Positions 40,216 to 51,515 of a DNA stretch of 64,000 bases are shown here, in pieces (positions within the stretch are counted from its first letter, which is position 1; each line of letters begins with the position of its first letter). The notes under the pieces are model-generated. The model made no database searches, had not been told where the DNA came from, and saw nothing but the letters and a program-made list of their open reading frames with translations. The DNA lies in the NCBI GenBank assembly GCA_043228905.1, contig JBHGNT010000020.1, positions 4,588,001-4,652,000 on the forward strand, in the 5' to 3' direction. This DNA is from Azolla caroliniana (Eukaryota > Plantae > Polypodiophyta). The translations under genes and the position numbers were made by a program.

Positions 40216-41189
40216 GATGGAGGCAAGTGAATCGCAGATGTCTTTGATCCGGTCCGTGTAGTCGGCCACTGACATGTCCTTATGTCAAACATGGCTCAAC
40301 TCCTAACGGAGTTGCAGCTTCTGGGTCGTGGTGCTTGTGGCGAAAACCTTTTTCAGGTTTCCCCAAGCTTCCTTTGGCGTCTTGGCGTCCCGGATATGGC
40401 TAAGTAGCAGATCACCAACATTAGACGCGAAGTAGTACATTACCCTGCTTGCCGCTTGTTCCTAAACCAGGAAGTACCCGTGTGCCGCATCAAGTGCCAT
40501 ATCATTACCTCTGTTGACATAACTCCAGTAGTCATGCCAGAGCAAGTACTGGTGCATCTTGTATCCGAACCGGAGTTCCAGATGGAACACATAGTTTCCG
40601 GACTACCGAGGTTCAGTGGCGGGAAAGGCCAGATATGTGAAGCTTGCCAACTCAGGAAGCAACATAGGCTTTCATTCCCCAACGAGAAGAATCGACTCAA
40701 TCTTATTCATTCGGATGTGTGGGGACCGACACAAAATGTGAGGATCGGCGGGAGTCGGTATTTCGTCTCCTTCATCGACGATTTCAATTGACATACTTGG
40801 ATCTATTTGATCGAGAAAAGAGTGAAGTCTTCTCTTGCTTCTAGGGCCTAAAGAATCATGTAGAGCGAGAAACTAGAAGGAAGATTAAGTGTCTGAGATC
40901 GGATGGCGTTGCTTGCCGCTTGTTCCTAAGCCGGGAAGTCCTTGTGTGCCACATCAGGTGTCGTATCATTAGCTTTGTCGACATAACTTCAGTAGCCATG
41001 CCTGAGTAGGTACTGGTGCAGCTTGTATGACCAAGATGCATAGTTCGATCTATTGAGCTTCTCCATTGGGAGCGAGCCAGTCATTCCTCGGTCCATTCTC
41101 TCCTTCCTATTCTTTACTAGGTATTAGGTCTTGTCTATAGAGGTCGCTTGTTGGCAGCAGAGGTTCTTAGCCCTCACACTCTAATACCA
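40216..41189 (-). pseudogene. Copia family B gag N-terminus, duplicated around an inverted integrase fragment, with PBS
   Basis: 40445-40562 resembles 40908-41025; 40565-40905 reads ICEACQLRKQH..LIHSDVWGP on +; decayed Met-i PBS at 41178-41189. Confidence 0.8.
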
Positions 41190-41638
41190 TATAAACGAAA
41201 GTGTGCGGATGTGTAGACAAACCGGTTCAACCGGACAACAGAATCACACAGTGATGAAGGTTTGATGGAAAGCTTGAGTGCACGGGGGAGACAGAGAGAG
41301 AGCAGAACAAAAAATGTAATTCAAAATAATAACACTCTGTACATAAAAATGTCCTACCAAACACTTTTTATACAACTCCTTAAAAGGACTGACAAAAGTA
41401 CTGACATATACTTCAATCCTCATACGAGCGAGTGACACTGACTCCTAGGAATATGCCTTCGTACTAGGCTCAAGCCATAGGTCTCCAAGGGCCTACCGAT
41501 TCTCACTATTCTAGAGTATGATCCAGTTCTCCGATCTAGATACCGATCTGGATATTTGTTTGGTTCTCCGTTCCGTATACCGATCCAGCTCTGGCTTATT
41601 CAGTCGATCCGGATCTGGTTGAGCTTGCTTGCTCAACA
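41190..41638 (-). repeat. Copia family B 5' LTR
   Basis: Reverse complement starts TGTTGAGCAAGCAAGC; adjacent to the PBS. Confidence 0.8.
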
Positions 41639-42340
41639 ACTCTGCCATGGCTTATGCTAGACTATCCAAGACAAACAACAGTAGGAAAAGAAGAAGAAGA
41701 AGGAAAACAAATGAAGTGGAAACACATGAAGGTGAAGCTGAACAATAGGCAGAAACAAGCACGCATAGAAGAAGAAATAGAAGCAACAGAGAAGAGGTGA
41801 GAAGAGAAGATGGAAAGCATGCAGAGAGAAGAAACAAGCAGTACTGAAACAAGAAGATGACACAAAAGAAGAAAAAACTAGAAAGAAAGAAGAAGAATTA
41901 AAAAAAAGAGAGAAGACAGAGTGCACTACGGAATATCAAAAACTCGAGGGAGGGATGAGAATTTTGAAAACTCAAGGGAAAACAATAAATTTCAAACGTT
42001 TGAGGGTAAAAATGAAAATTTCAAAAATTAAGGGGTGTACAACATAAAATTTTGAAAACACAACTCACATGATGAAAGAAAGAATACACATACACGCAAC
42101 GCAATCTTATGACTCATGCTGCAGTGGACGAGCTGATTGGTGTGTGATCCAATTGAGAAATGTGTTGACCGAACGAGACGGTTCGAGTCAAGCAAGCTCC
42201 AATCAAATTTATTGATTGTAGAGCTATGATCCGATCGAGGCATTTCCGACCTTTGAGACGACCGATGGAGTTCCGGTCACTAAGAGTTGCCATGACGAGT
42301 GGGTTCACTGTGTGATGCACTGTCCCACAAGCATGTCATG

Positions 42341-42680
42341 TGTTACCCGTAGGAGTGTACGAGGCGATATAAGGGTAGAACATGATAAAGAGATTCTTGT
42401 GTATGTGTAATGTATATGAAGTGTTTGAGGATGAGTATGTGTATGGACACATGCACAATTATGTGCATGTGACAAGAATGTATTGGTCTTCTTTTTGTAA
42501 CGATCATATTATTAATCGTTACATTATGTACTATATAAACCCCTTATGGGGCATGTAATGCATATACATTTTTTCCTTGTCACATTTTGTGTCATATCTT
42601 TGTTTCTCTCTCTCCTGCACATGTGACCCCCTTGGGAGGGGGGTTGAGCTATTCTTGGTTCCACCCCCCACCCATCAACA
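42341..42680 (+). repeat. Possible short LTR of an unassigned family
   Basis: TGTT...AACA termini and TATATAAA at about 42532; copia coding resumes at 42681; no matching TSD. Confidence 0.35.
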
Positions 42681-43899
42681 GGTTATACAGATGTCAATTG
42701 TGTCGGTGATGCGTCAGATCGTCGGTCCACTTCCAGTTATATGTTTTCTCTAGGTAGTGCGGTTGTTGCATGGAGCAACAAAAGCAACCAACAATGGCTC
42801 TGTCAAGCACTAAGGCTGAGTATCGGGGCACTACTATTGCCACCTGTTAAGCCATCTGGCTTTGGCGGAGTGAAGGCACTAGAGAAGCAACCAAAGAGCA
42901 GGAGAAAGTGATTGAAATAGGGGGGGAAGGGAAGAGAAAGGGAGCCGAGTCGACTGAAGGAGTCGGCACATCCAAAAAAATCGGAACAAGCGGCAACAAC
43001 GGCAAAGTCAAGAAGGACAGAGCGGACCGGAGGAAGAAGGCCTAGACCCAGACATGGTCTGATGTTGTGAAGGGCCTGAAGATCAAGAACGAGTTGGAGA
43101 CAACCAACTCGGACAAGAGGGGAACGAATAGAAGGCCACCGATTCGGTTCAACAGTTTGATTAGGTGGAGCCAGATCTGTTGAAGGCCAAGAGGACAATA
43201 AGGCAGCAGAAGTCAACACCAACACGAAGGAGCCAATGGGTCAAGAAGTGCTAGAGTCACAATAGTGAGGGAGCTGAGTTGGGCCTTATGAGCAGGCAAG
43301 CCGACCGGAAGGGTCGAGGAGCGCGGAACCGAACGGGTCGTGGAAAGCGGGACCGGAGGAGTCGAGGGGCGCGAGCAAGGCGGGAAGACGCTAGAAGGAG
43401 ACGGAGCGAAGGACCGGCAGACACTAACACCACGATCCGACCTCAAGTTGAGCTTGAGGGGGAGTGTTGAACAAACAACCTCAACTCGATCTGGATCGGT
43501 ATCCATAGCTGGATCGGTGTTCAGATTGATGTGCGGAACGGAGAGCTGGATCAGTATCTTGATTTGAGTGTAACCGTAGGCCGTTAGAGGCCTACGATCC
43601 TCGCCTAGTATGTAGGCATATTTCTAGGAGTCAGTGTCAGTAGCTCCGTATGAGCATTGAAGTACATGTTAGTACTTTTATCAGTCCTTTTAAGGACTTG
43701 TATAAAAGTGCTCATTGAGCACATTGTATGTACAGAGTATTTATTATTTTGAAATTGAGTTTACTATTCTGCTTTCTCTATCTCTCCCACTCTCTCTCTT
43801 TGTTTGTTTTGTGAATCTTCCATTAAACCTACACATATTATCTGTTGATATCCGGTGAAGTCCGTTACGTCTACGAGCTTCCACGCATAACTCTTTTCA
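42681..43899 (+). mobile_element. Copia family B RNase H fragment, 3' tail, PPT and 3' LTR (43465-43899)
   Basis: GYTD...ALSSTKAEYR; CTTGAGGGGGAG then TGTTGA. Confidence 0.85.
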
Positions 43900-46800
43900 T
43901 TGAGAAACATGTCCCTCCAGATGGCTCGAGCTCTGGATAGGAGAGATGTTGAGCCAGATTGGATGTCACCGATCCGGAACAGGATAGAGTTTGGATAGGT
44001 ATCCGAGAAATAGGACACATTTGTAAATATGTTTCAATGTTTCCCCTATTCGGGCTAGTTTTGTAAATAGACGAAAAGTTATCTAAGTATAAAGATAACT
44101 AGGGCAAATTTTATCTGTGTCCTAATTTGTATAGTATATGTGAGTTCCTTGCCTCTGTTGTAGACATAGCGTGAGAGAGAGAGAGAGAGAGAACATCTCT
44201 GTCATAACCGTTTGTGGCGAAGTGAATGAGCTCAAGGTCGGTGCCTATGAGTACACATGTATTTCCTCTCATAGTGATTTGTTTTGGAGTCAGTGGACCC
44301 CCGCGGATTTTTACCTGGTTAGGGATTTTTGATGTTAATATCATGCATAGAACATTTTCTGTTTTTCTGCTTGGTTCCCCATTCCGCACTTGAAATTTGG
44401 TTGTGACCGAGTCCCATTTTCTATCAAACTAGTATCAGAGCAAGGTTCACTACCTTAAAGAGATAGAAAAATGGAAGACACATTCGGGGGAATGTTCAAG
44501 CTTACTAGCTCCAACTACTCAGTATGGAAGTCGAAGATGAGAGATATGTTGGTAAGCAAAGATCTTTGGATGCCGGTGCAATATGGGAAGACTAAGCCCG
44601 ACAAAATCGATGCATCGACTTGGGAAGTCATGCATCTGAAAGTGGTTGCATACATAAGGTGTTTTATAGACATGAGTCTATACGAAAACTTTAATAAGGA
44701 GAACAAGGCAAATGTCCTTTGGGAAAATATTGGCATTATGTTCGAGAATAAAAATCCTTCAACAGGGTCTCAGTCTCCGATATCAAGGGCTCATTAACCA
44801 AACAACCTCTCTAGATGTAACTCTAGTTGACGAGGTACTAGCACTACTATTGCTGGGATCCCTTCTAGACAGTTGGGAGATACTCGTTGTCACAGTAGGA
44901 CTTGTCGGACCGGAAGGGAAGCACTTATCCCTAAAGAAGGTGAAGTCGAGCTTGCTGAACGAGGAAGCTTGTTGGAAGGATAAAGAGGAAATATTTGACC
45001 CAAAGGCCTTAGCCTCGAAAAGTGATATGAATCAGGGAAGAGGACAGAATCGGAGTCCCCAAAACCAAGAGAAGTCGGGGACGAGGTCAAAGTCAAGGGG
45101 AAGGCCCACATGCTTCTATTGTGGGAAGTCGGGGCACTTCCAAAAGAACTACCGACACTTCTAAAACGAGAAAAGGGGAGTTGTCAATGTGGATCTCAAG
45201 AAAAATCCAGATCGGAAAGGCACGTCGGCAATCACAAGTGAAGAGGAACTACTGCTTATTAGTGAGCAAAGCGAACTGAATCTTGTCGACGATGAATCGA
45301 CATGGGTGGTCGATTTGGGTGCATTGTTTCACCTAATTCCCAACCAAAAGTGCTTCTCATCATACAACACCGGAGACCACAGTCTTGTAAAGATGGGAAA
45401 TGAAAGAGCATGTCGAATTGTTGGCATAGGAGATGTGTGTCTGGTGACATCGATTGGGTGCCAACAAGTGCTAAAGGATGTTCGAAACGTTCCGGATGTT
45501 CAACTTAATCTGATATCAGCCAGTCAGTTGCATGATGAAGCCTACATAGGTAGCTTTATGGAGAAATTCTACAAAGGGAGATTGATTGTGGTTCGAGCCC
45601 AGAAAACCAACACGCTTTATCTTATGCATGCCCGAATATGCCAAGAGGAAGTGAATGTGGCAACCGACACAACCGGCAAGCTGTGGCACAGGAGGTGGTG
45701 CCGAGACTAGCCTATGATAACCTCATTCTAGAGGTGAAGAGCGTGCAATTGGAGAGGTGCACGGATTGCTTGGCCAGCAAGCAAAGTTGAACCTCCTTCT
45801 GAATCACGCCCCCAACAAGGAAGAGAATGCCGCTGGAACTCGTGCATACTAATGTATGCTACGTTGACACAAAGTCACATGCTGGTTCACAATATTTTGT
45901 GACCTTGATTGACTATTTTAGTCGGAAGTTTTGGGCTTGCTTGGCCAGCAAGCAAAGTTGAACCTCCTTCTGAATCACGCCCCCAACAAGGAAGAGAATG
46001 CCGCTGGAACTCGTGCATACTAATGTATGCTACGTTGACACAAATTCACATGCTGGTTCACAATATTTTGTGACCTTGATTGACTATTTTAGTCGGAAGT
46101 TTTGGGCTTGCTTGGCCAGCAAGCAAAGTTGAACCTCCTTCTGAATCACGCCCCCAACAAGGAAGAGAATGCCGCTGGAACTCGTGCATACTTCCGACTA
46201 AGGTCAATCACATACTAAAATATTTTGTGACCTTGATTGACTATTTTAGTCGGAAGTTTTGGGCTTCCGTCCTAAAGACCAAGGACTAGGTATTTTTAGT
46301 CTTGAAAGAGTTCGAAGCGAGAGTCGAATGAGAGACTTGCTGACAACTGAAAACAATTCGAATGAATAACGGTAGAGAATAGCGAGGATAGTTCAAACAA
46401 TATTGTCGGTCGAAGGGAATTTGACTCAAGTATACCATGCCGAAAACACCAGAAGTAAACGGGTTGGCCGAGAGGATGAATCGGGCCATTATGGAGAGGG
46501 TTCGAAGTATGTTAGCACATGCTAAATTGTCGAAGACGTTCTGGCCTGAGGTGTTGATGACAACAGTGTACATGATAAATAGATCACCCTCAGCCCCCCT
46601 AGATGGAGATGATCCAGAAAGAGTGCAGACTGGCAAATACCTGTCGTACTGACAGGGTGTTTGGTTTTCTTGCCTGCGTGAATGTGGCTAAGGACCAAAG
46701 GGGAAAATTAGATACGAAATCTCGGCCATGCATATTTCTAGGATATAGCGACAACGAATTCGGCTATCGACTATGGGACTTAGTCAACAGGAAGATCATT

Positions 46801-47050
46801 TGGAGTAGAGACATAGTCTTCATGGAGGAGAAGACTATTTTCGATTGGAAGCCAAAGTCGGATACATCCTCCCGAATAGTCGAAAATCGAAAGTCGACCG
46901 AAGAACATGGAGAGCCGATCGAATTTGGACAAGGAGTCATAGTCGAACTGAGAGTCGGGTCGGTCGAAGACCAATCGGGAGTCAGCCATGGAGAAAGTCG
47001 ACAAAGCCAAGAACCAATTGAGGGGCAAGATTTTCTTCCTCATCGGGGGC
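43900..47050 (+). mobile_element. Truncated Tork-like copia (5' LTR to 44426, PBS 44430-44441, gag-PR-IN)
   Basis: MEDTFGGMFKLTSSNY, CFYCGKSGH, WVVDLGALFH and VNGLAERMNR; colinear with the 34609 element. Confidence 0.9.
45766..46270 (+). repeat. 171-bp tandem triplication within integrase
   Basis: Unit TTGCTTGGCCAGCAAG starts at 45766, 45937 and 46108. Confidence 0.95.
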
Positions 47051-47059
47051 CCCGATCAG

Positions 47060-47544
47060 AAGGAGGTTCAGTTCGATTTGCCATCCAAGCAATCAACGCA
47101 TTTGTCCAAATGCACTTTCTTCATCTCCGGCAGGAGGTTTTTCTTAGTTAGCATTTGCATTCCCGTCTGGCTCATGTGGCACAACCTCTTATGCCACAAC
47201 TCACCGGTTGTGTCAGCTGCCACGTTTACCTCCCCTTGGCATAATCGAGCATTCATTATGTATAGTGTGTTGGTTTTCCGGGCTCGTGCCACGATCAGGC
47301 CCCCCTTGCAGAACTTCATAACGTTAGCCTTCGTCATCTAGCCGACCAGCTGATATCATGTTCAATCAAACTTCTAGAACATGTCGAACATCTCTTAGCA
47401 CTAGTCTACACCCAGTCGATGTCATCAGACACACATCTCCTATGCCGACGATTCAACATACCCCTTCATTTCCCATTTTTACAAGGTTGTGGCCTCCAAC
47501 GTTGTATGATGACAAGCACTTTCGGTCAGGGGTTAGGTGAAATG
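47060..47544 (-). pseudogene. Tork-like protease/GAG-pre-integrase fragment (target of the gypsy insertion)
   Basis: ELWHKRLCHMS motif; continues briefly after 54862. Confidence 0.85.
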
Positions 47545-48005
47545 TGTTGTCCAGAGGACAGAAATGTAAAATTAGGGAATTAGGAAACGCCGAGTCCGAG
47601 TATCACGGGCCACCGACGGCTCGGCTGTGTATTAGGGGAAAAGTTATTTAAACGAGGACCAGTACTTCAGAGAAGGAGAGAAGAAAAATATAGGCGGAAG
47701 CACTAGCTTAGTCCCTCGTAACTAGATAAACTTGTAAGGTCACTGGCCATAGGCCGTGTTCTGTAATCTTTTCTGTCATAGTAATATATCTGATTTGTGC
47801 CCATTTTGCTCCATGAGTCTGTGCTTTGATCCATACCTATGAGTTGAACGCCGCCCACGCCTATCAAGACCTCGCTACTGTTTTCTCTCTGAGCCCTGTC
47901 TCTCTCTCGACGCCTCTGTTACGAGCCTTCACGTACCACTCCCTTGAATACCGATAGCCGCAGATCTATCGAAGGTGTTCACCAAAAGGATTGGGTAACA
48001 CAATT

Positions 48006-48018
48006 TGGCATGCCCGGT
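48006..48018 (+). other. PBS, tRNA-Arg-like
   Basis: TGGCATGCCCGGT versus expected TGGCACGCCCGGTGGGAC. Confidence 0.7.
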
Positions 48019-48323
48019 TACAGCTGTGAGTGCACAGCGAACTTCGTTGAAGGTAACCACCAGCCGCCGTTACGGCGCCCTCTCGCACCACGAGGTCTCG
48101 GCCACCCGCCCGACGCCCTGAGCCAGTCAAAGGAACTTCCGACTCGGCGGTCACTGACCAATCCTTTCCCGATCAATCGGAGGCTTGTCCAGTGCAATCC
48201 TCGCCACCGAACACTCGATCGCGAGTTGATTCACCACCAAAACCCCTGTCGAGCCCTCCGGAGGTCAATCAACCGGAACTAAACCCTTTTCCAGTGCTAC
48301 CAGAAGACCCATAGTACGACATC

Positions 48324-51300
48324 ATGCCATATCCACACCCACGATACACCGACGGACCAGACGCGGAGTCACACATCTGTGCCTTCATATCCACGTGGCA
48401 GGCTAACCACTCCACGCACCACCTCATGCCGGCCGAAATCAATGCATCAAAGATTGCCGAGTTCACACTCTCCCTCGATGGACCGACCGCACGATGGTAC
48501 TCTCGTCTCGAAATAGGAGAGGCCACCACTTTCCAAATTGTGCGCACGAAGTTCCTTGAACTTTTTCATCGCGAGGTGCCTAAATGGGAACTGCTCCGGC
48601 AATTCTTCTCTATATGCCAGGAACCGCACGAAACGGTCGCGCAGTTCACGATCCGGTTCCAGGATCTCTACAGACAAGTGGCCGATGATGTCTCGGCACA
48701 ATATATACCAGACACTTTCCTATCCAGTTTACGAGAGCCTCTACGAACGACTCTTGCACTTACAAATTTCGCCAACCATACTATTGAACAAGTCATAGCG
48801 CGCGTTCTCGCCCTCGATCGGAACCAGCACGACGCGGCCTTCTCGATGACATCCTTGCAAAACGCTCTTCCCCAAGAGGACAATCGCTTTCGCCAAGCCC
48901 TCCAATGCACGGCGTGTTCAGGATCAGAGCACCTGGCCCTCGAATGTCCCCACCGACCACAGTGTCCGATCTGTCAGTCTCGAGCTCACACGGTCGAGCA
49001 GTGCGAATATAATATGCTGAACCGCACAACGGCGGCATCGGTCCGCCAGATCGAGCCACGAAATACATACTCTCGGCAGGACTACTGAGACCAGGATAAT
49101 GACCGACCGCGATCCCCGGATCGACGACGCCGAGACGACGACTACCGACATGATGACCGCCGTGATCATTATCGCGATGACCGGCACGACGATTATGCTC
49201 GATATGATGACGATCGCGATGACCGGTATGACCGACGGAACTCATGCATTGATCGGCGAAACGACAACCACAACACACGCAACAATAGAAGACCTAATGA
49301 CAACCGCCGACGAGACGCTCCTCAAAATGACCAGCGCAACCCCAACGCACCTTGGAACAACCCACCACCAAACGAGACCGAGAATCAACAACAACAGCTT
49401 CCACACGCAGACCGAGTGGACACCAGCAGCTCGGCCAACATGACATGTTTTAAATGTAATAAACCAGGCCACTACGCCACGCAATGTCCGACAACCAACC
49501 GTGGCAAGGCACCCACGGTGAACAGTATCATGGCCGATGTTCAAACGATCACTACCCGGAGTAAAGCGCAAACTACTCAGTGGCAAATCCAGGATGAAGT
49601 ACATCAGGCAGCAAAAGAATGGATCGACACGGCCAATAAAAATAATACCGTACGCATGCAAACTGACATGAGAGACGGGCCCGGTGAAGTACCACAAACC
49701 TCGGCACCATCCACGTCGTCGGAGGACGACCAGCTATGGGATGTTCTTACCAACTCCCGCATCTCGCTGCCCCTACATAAACTGCTACCACTCATGCCGA
49801 GATTTCGGGACACCCTGGCGGCACTCCAGGCCAATACTAAGCCCGTGACGCCACCGGTACACCTCACCAAAGCAGGAACCGGTCCACCACTCATGGATTC
49901 TCAGAACCCAGCCGTGCGAATCATCATTAAGGGACAAGACCTGCACGGATGCATCATCCACGGCGGATCTGGCGTAAACGTTATTAGCGAGTCAACGTGT
50001 CTCAACCTCGACCTGAATCAATGGGAACCATGCCCCTTTTGGCTTCGTATGGCCGACACCCGCTCGGTTCACCCCATTGGTTTAATCCGCCATCTCGACT
50101 TCACACTCGGAGGCCACATGTTCACGATCTCGGCCGTCGTGCTAAGACTGGAGACACAAGGCACCTACCCACTGTTACTAGGTCGACCATGGTTGCGTAC
50201 AACTAATATCAAGCAACATTGGCAACACAACATGATCTCGTTCCAAAGAGGCAAGACAAAAGTCCGCATCATCACTGAAGAACGAGTCCCTGTCGCCCTC
50301 AACACTTCGCCGTTATACGCGGAAGGGGTCCATATGCTTGACGGTTTGGCCGATGAGGAGGTCGATGACTTCCTAGATGATCATCCCATGATCATCCCTC
50401 TCTTCGAAATAGATGCCTTACCAACCATCGAGCCATCTAAAGACGAGGAAGTCATGGAGGAGTCACCACTCCAAGATGAACCAGATCCAACCACAGTTGC
50501 CGAGCTACGTCATGCTCAGGAGGCTTTCCAACGCGAACTCGCCATTTCACAACGAGTGAAAGCATCAACCCTAGAAACAATAAACCTCGGTTCGGACGAG
50601 AATCCCCGTACGTTACAAATTGCCAATAATCTACCAACCGGAGAACGGGCATGCCTCGTAAAATTGCTCACCGACTACCAGGATGTTTTCACTTGGTCTT
50701 ACACTGTTATGAAGGGGTTGGATCCTCAATACTACCAACATCAAATTCATATCTTACCCGACACTCGGCCGGTTCAGCAGAGGCGCTACAGGATGAACCC
50801 CAACTACACCGCTAAAGTCAAAGAGGAAATCGACAAACTACTCCGAGTGGGCTTCATTCGCCCTGTTAAACGGGCCACGTGGTTGAGCCCGATCATAGTG
50901 ATCCCAAAGAAGAACGGAAAAATCCGCGTCTGCGTCGACTATCGGAAGCTTAACACGGCAACAGTCACCGACGGTTTCCCTCTCCCATTCACGGATAGCG
51001 TCCTCGACACGGTATCCGGCCACGAATGCTATAGTTTCCTCGACGGGTTCAGCGGCTATAACCAGATAAGAATGCACCCGGAGGATCAGGAGAAAACCGC
51101 TTTTGTCACGGAATGGGGTGTTTTTGTAGCAGAAGTTATGATGTTCGGTCTAAAAACAGCGCCGGCTACGTTCCAGCGCATCATCACCAAAATCTTTCAT
51201 GACTACATCCCGGTGTTCATGCAAGTCTTTCTCGACGATTTCGCTGTGTATGGCCATCGACGGGAACACATGACCCAGTTACGACTCTGCCTGGACCGAT

Positions 51301-51515
51301 GTCGCCAAGCTCGATTGAGTTTAAACCCGACGAAATGCGCGTTCTTAGTCACCAGCGGCAACCTTCTCGACCACATTGTCAGTCAAGAAGGCATCACTAT
51401 GGACCCGGATAAAGTAAAGGCAATCCTGAATGCCACCGCACCCTCGAACGCTAAGGCACTAAGCCATTTTTTGGGACATATCCGGTGGCACAGCCGAATG
51501 ATACTCGTATATTAA
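48324..51515 (+). pseudogene. Gypsy gag-pol (retrotransposon gag, three CCHC knuckles, RD-rich linker, protease, RT), truncated after RT
   Basis: ORFs 48324 and 49416 share a frame; CTACSGSEHLALEC, CPICQSRAHTVEQC and CFKCNKPGHYATQC; protease IIHGGSGVN (D>H). Confidence 0.92.

Noticed and set aside
39829-40292. Repetitive ORFs (MVQTRYEPDEE..., MNRMRRTRLRR...)
   Set aside because: By-products of the 54-bp (multiple of 3) LTR repeat.
41640-42340. GAA-rich E/K/R-coding stretch and AAAACTCrAGGG-like repeats
   Set aside because: Low complexity with no recognisable domain or paired termini.
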